64,000 bases of DNA from a virus (Duplodnaviria; Heunggongvirae; Uroviricota; Caudoviricetes), in the IMG/VR virus record IMGVR_UViG_3300042988_000374, positions 64,001-128,000 of that record. One strand, written 5' to 3'. Positions within the stretch are counted from its first letter, which is position 1, and every line of letters begins with the position of its first letter. Of this stretch, positions 55,094 through 64,000 are shown piece after piece. The notes beneath the pieces are model-generated. The model had not been told where the DNA came from and did not search any database. It saw nothing but the letters and a program-made list of their open reading frames with translations. The translations under genes were made by a program, and so were the position numbers.

Positions 55094-55556
55094 ATTGTCC
55101 ACTGTGATATACCATCATCTGCGCAATTTCTGCTGGATCAATTTTAAACAGTGGCGCAACTGCGTCTTGTTTAATATCAATTATCAGCATTTTGTTGCCA
55201 GCACGTGTGATAATCTCACGGTATTTAAACGTCTTTGGGTCTACCACGTATACCCAACCTTGATCCGGATTAATGAATCGCGCATGTGGACTTGGTAGCG
55301 ACACGAAGTAAAGCACGTCAACGTTTCTACACTTGTTGATTTGATTGGCGCGTATGGTAAACCCATTCTCCAAGATATATGGAGTTTGAGTTTTAACTTC
55401 TACAGTAGCGCCGTCGATTATCAGATCCTTCTTACTATCATACGGGTCAATAGCATGAGTAACTACACTGCCATTCATGCTGGCCCAGTTACCCACACAT
55501 ATCTCACCCATTTTACCAAGGCGGAGCTTCTTTTCTTCTGAATCGAGTACTCTCAT
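55092..55556 (-). CDS. Hypothetical protein, PD-(D/E)xK nuclease-like
   Basis: GKMGEIC..KDLIIDGATVEVKTQ. Confidence 0.5.
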   Translation of the reverse strand: MRVLDSEEKKLRLGKMGEICVGNWASMNGSVVTHAIDPYDSKKDLIIDGATVEVKTQTPYILENGFTIRANQINKCRNVDVLYFVSLPSPHARFINPDQGWVYVVDPKTFKYREIITRAGNKMLIIDIKQDAVAPLFKIDPAEIAQMMVYHSGQ

Positions 55557-56149
55557 ACGCCAACAATCATTTCATAAATTTGCTTCCAGTTTTTAACAAC
55601 TGGGATGCTGCCATCGTAGTCGAGATTGTGGCCGTGCTCCATGATCACTGATGTTAATCCGAGATTTTTACCAGTAACCGCATTGTCAACTAGATCCTCT
55701 AGCCAGAATAGACCACTGTCTTTATATTGAGCCAGCGCTGAATCTTTTGGTGCACCAGTATCCAAGAATACAATCTCTTCAAATACAGTTTCACCAAACA
55801 ACTTCTCTAAGTTCATTTTACGAAGACGCTGAGCGTTTTTATTTTTACTCAGTGACGTGATTGCATGGAAGACATAGCCGTGCTCCTCGTGTAAACGACG
55901 AACATAGTGAATGGCATCCCGTAATGGTGGCAAGAAGGCAATGGCAGAACTCTCATTAAATGTCTTAATGAGCTTTAAGCCTTCTTCTTTGCTAATGTCG
56001 TATTGTTTATCGATGCCGTATTTGAATTGGGCGCCTTCTTTACGGACGTGACCTTGTTCTTCCATCCAGCAGTGGAATGGGTAGTCCCACTGAAGCAAGA
56101 TTCCGTCAACGTCTGTAAGAATGATGTTACTGTCCATCTGAACTCTCAT
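55553..56149 (-). CDS. HAD-superfamily 5'(3')-deoxyribonucleotidase-like
   Basis: ILTDVDGIL (DxDG), HAITS, KD, WLED. Confidence 0.8.
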   Translation of the reverse strand: MRVQMDSNIILTDVDGILLQWDYPFHCWMEEQGHVRKEGAQFKYGIDKQYDISKEEGLKLIKTFNESSAIAFLPPLRDAIHYVRRLHEEHGYVFHAITSLSKNKNAQRLRKMNLEKLFGETVFEEIVFLDTGAPKDSALAQYKDSGLFWLEDLVDNAVTGKNLGLTSVIMEHGHNLDYDGSIPVVKNWKQIYEMIVGV

Positions 56150-56426
56150 TTAAGTTAGTTGCTGGTGATTCACTCTCTTGAACTTTTTCTAGTTGCTCAA
56201 TTAAGCTAGGGTAAACTTCTTTGTAATACTCATTGAGTGATTCAAAAGTAGTTGGTACGACTTTGCCCTCGATAACACACTTGTTTACTTTGCGTGTTTT
56301 GTAGTCAATGATTACGTTGACCGATTGCAAGTCGCGTGGCTTAAGGCTCTTGGTAAAGCCAACTTGCTCGGTGATTTCTCCGCCAGGTTGACGGAGATAG
56401 GTGATGAGCAAAAATCTCATTTGCAA
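56127..56426 (-). CDS. Hypothetical protein
   Basis: ORF in operon. Confidence 0.6.
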   Translation of the reverse strand: MQMRFLLITYLRQPGGEITEQVGFTKSLKPRDLQSVNVIIDYKTRKVNKCVIEGKVVPTTFESLNEYYKEVYPSLIEQLEKVQESESPATNLNESSDGQ

Positions 56427-56635
56427 TTCTCCAAATATTGATCAAATTTTGTACAGGCTTCATCAAAAGAGATAGCCCATACTTTAGCGCACATTACGCC
56501 GCCGTCGATAGTCATATCAAACGGAACTAGGCCATTGAATCTGAAGTCCTCCGGCACAGGCGTAGTTACCAAGAACTCATTAAGCATCTTGGCACGATTG
56601 ATAAAGTGGTCACAGATTTCTTTGGCCGTTTCCAT
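56417..56635 (-). CDS. Hypothetical protein
   Basis: ORF in operon. Confidence 0.6.
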   Translation of the reverse strand: METAKEICDHFINRAKMLNEFLVTTPVPEDFRFNGLVPFDMTIDGGVMCAKVWAISFDEACTKFDQYLENCK

Positions 56636-56637
56636 GA

Positions 56638-56835
56638 TTAGGCTGCCTTCTTAGCTTCAGCGCGGGCTGCTTTTTCTACTGTGATTTCAGTGCGTCGAGC
56701 TTTGATCGCTTTAGCCATTTCACCAAGTGCCTTACGAGCGCGAGTGCCAGCAGCCGCATTGCCCTTTTCGAACTTCTCGTGCTCTGCTAAGTATGCTTCT
56801 AAATGTGTGTTGATTTCAGTGTGTGCTTGTGACAT
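56638..56835 (-). CDS. Histone H1-like (Hc1-family) protein
   Basis: EKFEKGNAAAGTRARKAL..K..R.EI; start moved to MSQAH after AAGGAG. Confidence 0.75.
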   Translation of the reverse strand: MSQAHTEINTHLEAYLAEHEKFEKGNAAAGTRARKALGEMAKAIKARRTEITVEKAARAEAKKAA

Positions 56836-56845
56836 AGTGTTCTCC

Positions 56846-57040
56846 TTAATTGTCAATTTCCATAGTGTTCCATTCTTTGATGATTGCAATAACATCATCT
56901 TCAGTTGGACACATTACCTTAGATGTCTTCCAATCGCTTTCACGATCTCGGCCACCTACCTCCACCATCCAACCATTGTCATAACGGTTTATGGTGATAG
57001 ATTCATTTACTTTTGCAAGTTTTGTTAATTTTTTAACCAT
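56846..57040 (-). CDS. Hypothetical protein
   Basis: ORF with AAGGAG SD. Confidence 0.65.
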   Translation of the reverse strand: MVKKLTKLAKVNESITINRYDNGWMVEVGGRDRESDWKTSKVMCPTEDDVIAIIKEWNTMEIDN

Positions 57041-57051
57041 AATAGTCTCCT

Positions 57052-57981
57052 TTATTGATTAAGCTCAATGAGAGTAGCGGCAAGCGCAATCTCTGGTATA
57101 CCTACTAATGGTAGGTTAGCTAGTCCATTGCGAATAGTCACAATAGCAGCGTCTTTTTGTTCTTGAGTTTTACCCCACAGGTCTAAGTTATTGTAACACC
57201 ATGTGTAGATGTTGTCTAGCTGACCTGGATTCATACTCAAGTATTGTAATAAGATTTTACGACCTTCTAATACTTTGCCAGATTTGAATAGTGTGGTTGC
57301 TTCTACCAAGGTCGAATCTTCATCTGATGTGCCAGATTGAACTGATAAGAGAGTACCAGTAGAGCTATTGTTTTGGACCTGATTTAAACATTTACGCAAG
57401 TCAGGATAAGTAGCGCCAACGTAGCTGTCTAGGGTATCAAGATCAAATTCGATGTTCTCAGTGACCAAGACTGTTGCTACACGAGCAGTGAATTCAGTGC
57501 GCTCTGGTTTGCTGATGGTAAATGTCTCACAGCGTGATTTAAGTGCAGGAATAATCTTGTGTGGGTAGTTACAAGTAATCATAAAGCGGGCAACGTTAGC
57601 ATATTGTTCAATCATGCCACGCAGAATTGCCTGCCCTGGTTGGCTCACGTAGTCACCTTCGTCTAGCAACACTACTTTGAATTTACCAAATGGCATTGTT
57701 TGACAGAATGCTTCTACACGTTCGCGAATAAAGTCTACCCCGTTGTCCCTGGACGCATTGATCTCTAATACGTCATATTCTTCGATGCCTAATTCATTGA
57801 CGAGCACTTTAGCTAAGGTTGTTTTACCAGTACCTGGTGCACCAGCAAAGATTACATTAGGACAACTGCCTTCATCGACCCAGCCTTGAACTTGTTTTTG
57901 CTGTCGCTCATCTACGAACACATAGTCCGCGACTAGACGTGGCCGATATTTTTCAGTCCATAATTTATTTTTAAAGCTCAT
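57052..57981 (-). CDS. Clamp loader AAA+ subunit (gp44/RFC-small-like)
   Basis: LWTEKYRP, GAPGTGKTT, EINAS, LLDEGD, ALKSRC, YPDLRKCLN. Confidence 0.92.
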   Translation of the reverse strand: MSFKNKLWTEKYRPRLVADYVFVDERQQKQVQGWVDEGSCPNVIFAGAPGTGKTTLAKVLVNELGIEEYDVLEINASRDNGVDFIRERVEAFCQTMPFGKFKVVLLDEGDYVSQPGQAILRGMIEQYANVARFMITCNYPHKIIPALKSRCETFTISKPERTEFTARVATVLVTENIEFDLDTLDSYVGATYPDLRKCLNQVQNNSSTGTLLSVQSGTSDEDSTLVEATTLFKSGKVLEGRKILLQYLSMNPGQLDNIYTWCYNNLDLWGKTQEQKDAAIVTIRNGLANLPLVGIPEIALAATLIELNQ

Positions 57982-58355
57982 TTACGTAACAACTCCAAAG
58001 TTAAGATTTTTGAGATAGCTTCGCCCATGTTATCACTGTCATTAATGATGTGTAGGCGTTGAGTATAACGGTCAGTATTTTGGTCATAGTGATTGTATTC
58101 CAAGATGTAACCGCCTTCTGCTGGGTGCAGAGTAAAGTTAAGCGAACTTTCTCTGTTGAAGTCAGCACGTTGTGATTTACTAATACCGAGTTGACCTGGT
58201 GAATTGAATTTAATACCGGCCTGTTGTGATAAGCTAAATGCGGATTGGCCCATTGCTACCATAGTTTTTTCTTCCTGTTCTTTATATTGACGATGCTCAG
58301 TTCTGAGTCGAGCTGGATACGAGTATTTTACGATTAAGTCATCAAGCCATTTCAT
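57978..58355 (-). CDS. Hypothetical protein
   Basis: ORF in operon. Confidence 0.55.
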   Translation of the reverse strand: MKWLDDLIVKYSYPARLRTEHRQYKEQEEKTMVAMGQSAFSLSQQAGIKFNSPGQLGISKSQRADFNRESSLNFTLHPAEGGYILEYNHYDQNTDRYTQRLHIINDSDNMGEAISKILTLELLRK

Positions 58356-58461
58356 GGTGTACTGCCTTATATTGTGAGTGTGGATATTGTTCTTGGAGCC
58401 AGGCTAATAGTTCTGGCTCATATGGTAATTTAACTGAGTGATATTTGTTGGTGATGTACAT
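58342..58461 (-). CDS. 39-aa peptide (missed by ORF track)
   Basis: MYITNKYHSVKLPYEPELLAWLQEQYPHSQYKAVHHEMA; TAATG overlap. Confidence 0.55.
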   Translation of the reverse strand: MYITNKYHSVKLPYEPELLAWLQEQYPHSQYKAVHHEMA

Positions 58462-58829
58462 TAGCCACTCACCTTGTCTGAGATAGTCTCATCTTGTGGT
58501 AAATGATCAGAGACCATCATGAGACCAGCTGGATCTACACGACGAAGCATATGTCGACCAGTCTCGTCTTCTACTTCGAGTCCGCGGGTCCAACGTCCAT
58601 GCTCGACCAGAACATAGTCGTCTACTCGAATGTGGTGTTGGTCAGGACCTACGGCATATACTTGTGCCCAGCGTGGGCGAATGCCAGATGATTTGCCGTC
58701 ATCGTTCGGCAAGATGATGTTACCAACAATGCGCTCTCTGAAGTTCATGTCCGCGACGATAACATGGTCACGTAATGGCTTTAACTGCGCTTTGTTGATA
58801 CGATGTGGTTCAAAAGCTAATTTAATCAT
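58461..58829 (-). CDS. groES: GroES-like co-chaperonin
   Basis: LKPLRDHVIV, IILP, AQVYAVGP, VDDYVLV; preceded by TTGTAT-N17-TACAAT-N6-ATG. Confidence 0.8.
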   Translation of the reverse strand: MIKLAFEPHRINKAQLKPLRDHVIVADMNFRERIVGNIILPNDDGKSSGIRPRWAQVYAVGPDQHHIRVDDYVLVEHGRWTRGLEVEDETGRHMLRRVDPAGLMMVSDHLPQDETISDKVSG

Positions 58830-58883
58830 AGTGCTATTGTATCGTGTGGTAGCCGGTGATACAATAGCATTTGGATAAACTGC

Positions 58884-59192
58884 TTATTTTTTGCCTACTG
58901 GCTCTTCGCTGTCGAATTCACTCAGTGCTTCTAATTCAGAATTGGATACGTCTGGTTGAATGGTAGGTGCACCGCGATTAGGACGGGATACTGCACCAGG
59001 ATTAACTGTGGTGCGACCATAGGCTTCATTTACACGGCGAGTACTGTCTTGTACTACACGATTCTCTGAATCTAGGGTATTACCAGCAGCATCTACGTTC
59101 ATGTTACCAACTGCGCGAACATGTTTGTTCTTTGCCAAGAGTGCTGCCATGTCTACTGATTGACCCATTGCTGTTCTGTGATGTGTGCTCAT
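58884..59192 (-). CDS. Hypothetical protein
   Basis: ORF with AAGGA SD. Confidence 0.6.
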   Translation of the reverse strand: MSTHHRTAMGQSVDMAALLAKNKHVRAVGNMNVDAAGNTLDSENRVVQDSTRRVNEAYGRTTVNPGAVSRPNRGAPTIQPDVSNSELEALSEFDSEEPVGKK

Positions 59193-59208
59193 TTTAATTT
59201 CCTTTAAG

Positions 59209-59718
59209 TTAACGGAGGAAGTCTCGGATATCTAAGTCATAATAAAGACTGTCGATTTTGTGGACTCCGATGAGGAACAAGACATAGGAAGCAACTGAGC
59301 TACCACGTCCTACACCCCATACTATGTTATTTACTCTGGCAGTATCAACAAAGAATTTTAAATACTGAAGTAATGGCAGGAGGTCTCTATCTACATAAAG
59401 GAGGAGCTCTTCGCCAACGCGCTGGAGCTGTGCTTCTGTCGTACATTGTTCTAGTAAGAATTGGACAATGTCTAGATTTTTATATTCTTCTGGCATCCAG
59501 ATAGCTGCTTGGTTTTTGTTGTCAAATTCTTCGATGGTCTCTGGTAAATTGAGAGATTCGTAGTGGACGAATTCTGCTGTTGACTCTAGCTCTAAGTGGG
59601 GGTCTACGGTGATTGGAATTTCGGTGACTACTGGTGCGACAAACTCGCGCCCGGACAGCAGAACATCGGTGATGTCTGCTTCACTATAAATGTGGTGTCC
59701 GAATTTGTCTATTTGCAT
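59209..59718 (-). CDS. Stand-alone DnaE (Pol III alpha) fragment
   Basis: RVGEEL..WGVGRGSSVASYVLFLIGVHKID; ends before the catalytic DxD; preceded by TTGCAT-N17-TAGAAT-N6-ATG. Confidence 0.8.
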   Translation of the reverse strand: MQIDKFGHHIYSEADITDVLLSGREFVAPVVTEIPITVDPHLELESTAEFVHYESLNLPETIEEFDNKNQAAIWMPEEYKNLDIVQFLLEQCTTEAQLQRVGEELLLYVDRDLLPLLQYLKFFVDTARVNNIVWGVGRGSSVASYVLFLIGVHKIDSLYYDLDIRDFLR

Positions 59719-59764
59719 CGTGCTATTCTATCAGGGCGGGTGGTAGGATGCAACGTATTTTGGA

Positions 59765-59998
59765 TTAAGAGATGTCGATTTTGCCTTGAATCATATCAGA
59801 AGAGCTTCTGAACATTTCTTCTTGCTTTTTGCCTAATTCTGTACGGTAAGATTGGAGGACCATTTGAATTTGATTTGCCATGGCGTAACGGCCTGTTGAA
59901 CTGGCAAACGCTAGCTTCTTTGTGAGGGAAGCTATGGTATCTGCTAGTTCATCTACGGATTTATCGGCGAGTGAGCCTACTAGTGGGTGGTTGATCAT
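59765..59998 (-). CDS. Hypothetical protein
   Basis: 77-aa coiled-coil ORF. Confidence 0.6.
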   Translation of the reverse strand: MINHPLVGSLADKSVDELADTIASLTKKLAFASSTGRYAMANQIQMVLQSYRTELGKKQEEMFRSSSDMIQGKIDIS

Positions 59999-60002
59999 AG
60001 TA

Positions 60003-62498
60003 TTACCAGCTAGCTAATGATGAGCGTTTCCATGTATTTGTAGCAACGCATACGTAGACATAGTTAGTGTCATATGCGATTTGTCCTGCTACACCCGTTG
60101 AGGTCGCGGTTGGAGGCACTGTGCTGGTTGTGATTAGCTTACCAGTAACATATGTTCCGGTTGCTGTAATATTACCATAGGTGGTAATTACACCGTTCGC
60201 GATAGTCACATTTGATGTACTATTACCTGAGAATAGATTAGCAACACTCATGTTGCCAGTTGCGGTAATGTTACCAGTGACTACGATACTGTTAGCATTC
60301 ACCAAATTAGCAGTAGCTGTGCCCTTTGCGAAGATTTTAGCAGTGGCTGACGATGATATAGTAGTATTAGCCGAAGTTGTAGTACCATTAACAAACGTGA
60401 TGAAGCTAGACCCGCACGTGGCAATGGTCTTGATACCGTCAGCAATTCCAGGTATACCATTTATATTCACGATGTCGTTGATGTTGAATGGCGCATAACC
60501 GATATCAGTAAAGTTAATTGTATATGTGCCAGATGTTGCAAACCAACTAGTAGGAACAATACTTGTACCGATATCAATATTACCACCAATATGCACGTTG
60601 CCGCGCTGAGTTTTTATATTAGCATTACCAGAAGCGATCACATTCGCCGCACTAGTGATATTGGCAGACGTAATAGTAACGTTTGTGGTGGCATTGCCAA
60701 TCATCAGGGATGTGCTAACTGTTGCACTAGGCGAAGACAACAGAGTTGATGCAGTTATGTTTTTACCACTTATGTCTCCACTCGCAACTACTGTAGTGGC
60801 ATTTAATGCTGCCATAGTGGCAGTGCCTACTAAGTTGGTGGTACCATTAACTTTGAAGTTAGTTTTAACTTCTACATCACCGGTAGCAGTTATGTTCTTC
60901 GCACTGATGTTGCCAGTTGACAACGTGATGTTACCATTAGTCAGAGTAATATTGCCATTAGTCGATGTAATATTACCATTCACATCAAATGTACTAGTTC
61001 CAGATGTCCATGTTAGCCCAGAAGCGCTACCCACAGTGGTGCCGGCAGTGTATACAGCGAGTGCGGCCACAGTTCCGGAAGCAACTGTTCCGCTGCCGCC
61101 ACTTCCATTAGTGACTGTTGCCCAGGTGAGCGTGCCGTTGCCATTAGTTTGTAAATATTGCCCCGATGTACCACCATCGATATGCACCGTGGACACCGCT
61201 AATTGAACATTTGCGTTTTTGAGATCGGCTTTACCACTAGCGACAACATCTGCAATTGATAGGGTATTTACAATTTTAATATTATCCGCAGTAATGTTAC
61301 CAGATACACTAAGACCGTTACTTGTCCACGACATCTCGGTTAATCCAGATACCGACGCACCAGTGTTAGAGTAATAGGCTATCTTTCCAATGCCCGCAGA
61401 TACAACAGTTCCGCTACCTGTGCTACCATTACCTGGCGCGTCTGCCCATGTTAGATTACCAGTACCATCAGTTCGTAGATACTGACCTGAATTGCCCCCC
61501 GGTATACTGATGTTACTGACTGAACCAAGTGACATTTTACCAGTAACTGTCAATGCCCCAGAAGCATTAATGTTACCAGTAATATTCGCAACGCCTGTTA
61601 TTGATGCTTTGCCAGATACAATAATATTACCACCGACAGTGATATTTGTGTTGGCGATGATATTCTCGGCGGTAACATCTCTAATAGTTGCAATAGGATA
61701 ATCATACTTGTTAAACATCGATACGATTTCTGGCGCAGTGATGCCGTATGCTTCAGGAGTAGTTTGCCAAATATTTGCAGAACCATCAACATATGATGTA
61801 TGGCATACCCAGATGTTGCCGCCATAATACGCAACGTCACCTTCCATGTCACCAGATTCACCATGTAACACATTGGCGTTAGCAATAACGTCAAATGTTC
61901 GCGCGGCAACCTGCGTAGATTGTCTTGGGCGATTCAATACTGATACCGTAATGTTAGTACCGCAATCACTAGTAATGAACACGAAGTGCAAGTCAGATAC
62001 ACCATATGGTACCAGCACGGCATGGTTAACACTGTCATAACCCTCTAGCGTATCAATACCAATCTTCACGTTAGATGGCAAATAGATTTTTTGACCTTTA
62101 CTAACTTGTAGCTTAACATCAACTTGCTGTTGCTCTGTAGTTGCCCATTTTGTGAACATTAGAGAGATGTTACTCACGACAATACCATGATGAACTTCGC
62201 CTAAGCTAACGTCAATACCAACAGTCCCGCTTAAATTACTTCCCAAGCTGTATGTTAGGCGTCTGGTACCAGTTTGAAGAACATTACTGATAATCCCACC
62301 GTTCATGTCATTGGCCATTGTAGTGCCAGATAGCGCGCCTTTTACCAGCACATTCTTTTGCAAGTCTGCTAATTCAGTTTTTGCAATCTCAATATTGTTT
62401 TTGATACCGGCGAAGTTATCTCTGAAGCCCTGACTCGAATTGTTGACGCCAGGCGATGGATAACTCACGTCGATACTGTTAGTGTTGATACTACTCAT
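60003..62498 (-). CDS. Baseplate/fibre structural protein (831 aa)
   Basis: N-terminal YPSPGVNNSSQGFRDNF; duplicated GG.SGQYL.T.G.G.LTW block; C-terminal YVYVCVATNTWKR; late promoter at 62519-62525. Confidence 0.7.
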   Translation of the reverse strand: MSSINTNSIDVSYPSPGVNNSSQGFRDNFAGIKNNIEIAKTELADLQKNVLVKGALSGTTMANDMNGGIISNVLQTGTRRLTYSLGSNLSGTVGIDVSLGEVHHGIVVSNISLMFTKWATTEQQQVDVKLQVSKGQKIYLPSNVKIGIDTLEGYDSVNHAVLVPYGVSDLHFVFITSDCGTNITVSVLNRPRQSTQVAARTFDVIANANVLHGESGDMEGDVAYYGGNIWVCHTSYVDGSANIWQTTPEAYGITAPEIVSMFNKYDYPIATIRDVTAENIIANTNITVGGNIIVSGKASITGVANITGNINASGALTVTGKMSLGSVSNISIPGGNSGQYLRTDGTGNLTWADAPGNGSTGSGTVVSAGIGKIAYYSNTGASVSGLTEMSWTSNGLSVSGNITADNIKIVNTLSIADVVASGKADLKNANVQLAVSTVHIDGGTSGQYLQTNGNGTLTWATVTNGSGGSGTVASGTVAALAVYTAGTTVGSASGLTWTSGTSTFDVNGNITSTNGNITLTNGNITLSTGNISAKNITATGDVEVKTNFKVNGTTNLVGTATMAALNATTVVASGDISGKNITASTLLSSPSATVSTSLMIGNATTNVTITSANITSAANVIASGNANIKTQRGNVHIGGNIDIGTSIVPTSWFATSGTYTINFTDIGYAPFNINDIVNINGIPGIADGIKTIATCGSSFITFVNGTTTSANTTISSSATAKIFAKGTATANLVNANSIVVTGNITATGNMSVANLFSGNSTSNVTIANGVITTYGNITATGTYVTGKLITTSTVPPTATSTGVAGQIAYDTNYVYVCVATNTWKRSSLASW

Positions 62499-62521
62499 TG
62501 TTGTGTTCCTATATCTAGTAT

Positions 62522-64000
62522 TTATACGGTCGTATTAGCAGTGCCATCAATGTTTTTACCAAACATATCTTTGTAGAAGTAAACATAGCTGTCTCTGCTG
62601 GTATCACTCAATGACGTGCTGATACTAGATGTAATTAGATTGGCAGTGCCATTAGCCGTAGCAACTGTTGCGACATTACCAACGACCATAGTACCATACT
62701 CAACACCATAGAGATTCTGAGTACTGTTACCAGTTAATGTTAGGCGATGCGGGTCTTTAGGTGGTGGAGTTGTCGATGAATCTATATCGTTCACACGCAA
62801 GACAGTGCCAATATAGACATTACTACTATTAACAATGTCTACACCAGCGTATAGCTGTGTGTGGAATGCAGTATTGACACCAGTTATTTGGTCACTGATA
62901 ACGTTAGCGGATATGGTACCGTCTAACTTCTTATAAGTATCCGGAGCAAGTTTAATACCAGAAGATGTACCATTGACTAGTCTAGGTGACATCTCGATAA
63001 TAGTGTATGGAGTATCCGTTTTGAAGGCTCCTACATCCGCATCTAATTTAACACGTTGACCAATGTACAGTCCGTCTGTGCTGTTGATACCAATAGCATC
63101 ACTAGCAGGCGTGAATGACGCAACGTACTTAACCCAAGAATCCGATTGCGCTTGAATGACACCATAAGCGCTGCTCAAACTGCGATCAACCACTAGTCTG
63201 TCCATGGTAAAGTTGATTGAATTTAATTCCAGTGATGAAGCTGCGTTTATCTTCTCTAAGATTGCAGCAGCAGTACCAGGTTTAAGATAGCAAACTACCC
63301 AAGCAGCAGTGTAACCAAGGACTTCACCAGATGCTTGTTGAGATACCATCCAACGTGGCAAGATGTCACTGTTGTCAGCGATTACGCCAAATGCATCTTT
63401 GAATCTGTCACGCATATTTTGAAGAGCGTTTGGATAAACAATACCATCGCTACTAAGTACAGTTTTGTTAATACTATCACCAGCACTATTCACATACGAG
63501 TCAATCACCGGTGAGTAAATTACATCATAGATGTGAGAACCAGAGGTATCGCGACCGATTGCCCATGTGAGTTCACCAAGGGTTAATTGTTTACCATAGT
63601 GATTCTGTGCTAGGGCAGCAACATAAGCGTCATAGAAGGTGTTGGCATATGCCGACTTTACCTTAACACCATAGAGATGCGCGTAACTAATGTGCTTAGA
63701 GATTCCAAAGAATCGATCACGCGGACGATAGACGTTCGTACCAGCTGCTGTGGCTACCGAGTCTAGGAACGTTTTAATCGTGGCTCTTTGTGCCAGTGAT
63801 GGCAACGCTTCAACATATAGATTATCATAGATTGATGTATAGGCAGAGTCTGCTGTAGGCGCAGTGACATATCGCTGATAGGTTGTTAATGTACAAACTC
63901 GTCTTGTGCGTAATTCAGCATACTTATTGTCGTACTGCTCAATGGTAAAGCTCCACTTTTTATATTCACCATCAGCGAGTGCTTGTTCTGAACTTTGGAA
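62522..64000 (-). CDS. 5'-truncated large structural (baseplate wedge-like) protein
   Basis: Frame is open to the window end (..YDNLYVEALPSLAQR..); NHYGKQLTLGEL..IYDVIY, LPRWM, FTMDRLVVD. Confidence 0.6.
   Translation of the reverse strand, partial: FQSSEQALADGEYKKWSFTIEQYDNKYAELRTRRVCTLTTYQRYVTAPTADSAYTSIYDNLYVEALPSLAQRATIKTFLDSVATAAGTNVYRPRDRFFGISKHISYAHLYGVKVKSAYANTFYDAYVAALAQNHYGKQLTLGELTWAIGRDTSGSHIYDVIYSPVIDSYVNSAGDSINKTVLSSDGIVYPNALQNMRDRFKDAFGVIADNSDILPRWMVSQQASGEVLGYTAAWVVCYLKPGTAAAILEKINAASSLELNSINFTMDRLVVDRSLSSAYGVIQAQSDSWVKYVASFTPASDAIGINSTDGLYIGQRVKLDADVGAFKTDTPYTIIEMSPRLVNGTSSGIKLAPDTYKKLDGTISANVISDQITGVNTAFHTQLYAGVDIVNSSNVYIGTVLRVNDIDSSTTPPPKDPHRLTLTGNSTQNLYGVEYGTMVVGNVATVATANGTANLITSSISTSLSDTSRDSYVYFYKDMFGKNIDGTANTTV

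Noticed and set aside
60181-61701. Plus-strand ORFs opposite the 831-aa structural gene
   Set aside because: Same antisense-shadow artefact.
1-64000. CRISPR array or tRNA genes
   Set aside because: No regularly spaced direct repeats and no T-loop/D-loop cloverleaf patterns found in the intergenic gaps by eye. A tRNAscan run would be needed to exclude them fully.

Overview
64 kb of a large T4-like (jumbo) tailed phage genome. No tRNA, rRNA or CRISPR array was seen. (1) 1-13.4 kb, + strand: a block of probable virion-packaged proteins. They share an N-terminal M[KR]xx[EDQ][IVF] tag resembling the T4 capsid-targeting sequence and carry (L/I/V)xE prohead-protease-type sites. The block holds a GH19 lysozyme fusion, four tandem COOH-NH2 ligase (Amidoligase_2-like) paralogs surrounding a gamma-glutamylcyclotransferase, and IF-1. 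(2) 13.4-36 kb, mostly - strand: early and replication genes (beta-glucosyltransferase-like, GNAT, RNase H, UvsE, cytidylyltransferase, sliding clamp) and a family B DNA polymerase in four coding pieces. The pieces are separated by a split at the fingers tip with an HNH gene, a 282-nt group I intron, and a split intein with a Vsr-like homing endonuclease between its halves. (3) 36-64 kb, - strand: more tagged head proteins (ART-like, Pol-beta nucleotidyltransferase), Dps, papain protease, ClpA, DnaJ, GroES, PhoH, clamp loader, a DnaE fragment and long fibre/baseplate proteins. Non-coding signals include many apparently leaderless transcripts from both sigma70-type and T4-late-type promoters, a candidate structured RNA at about 35.9 kb, and an IS200/IS605 tnpB 3'-end/omegaRNA remnant at about 47.9 kb. 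All family assignments come from motif recognition by eye; no searches were run.
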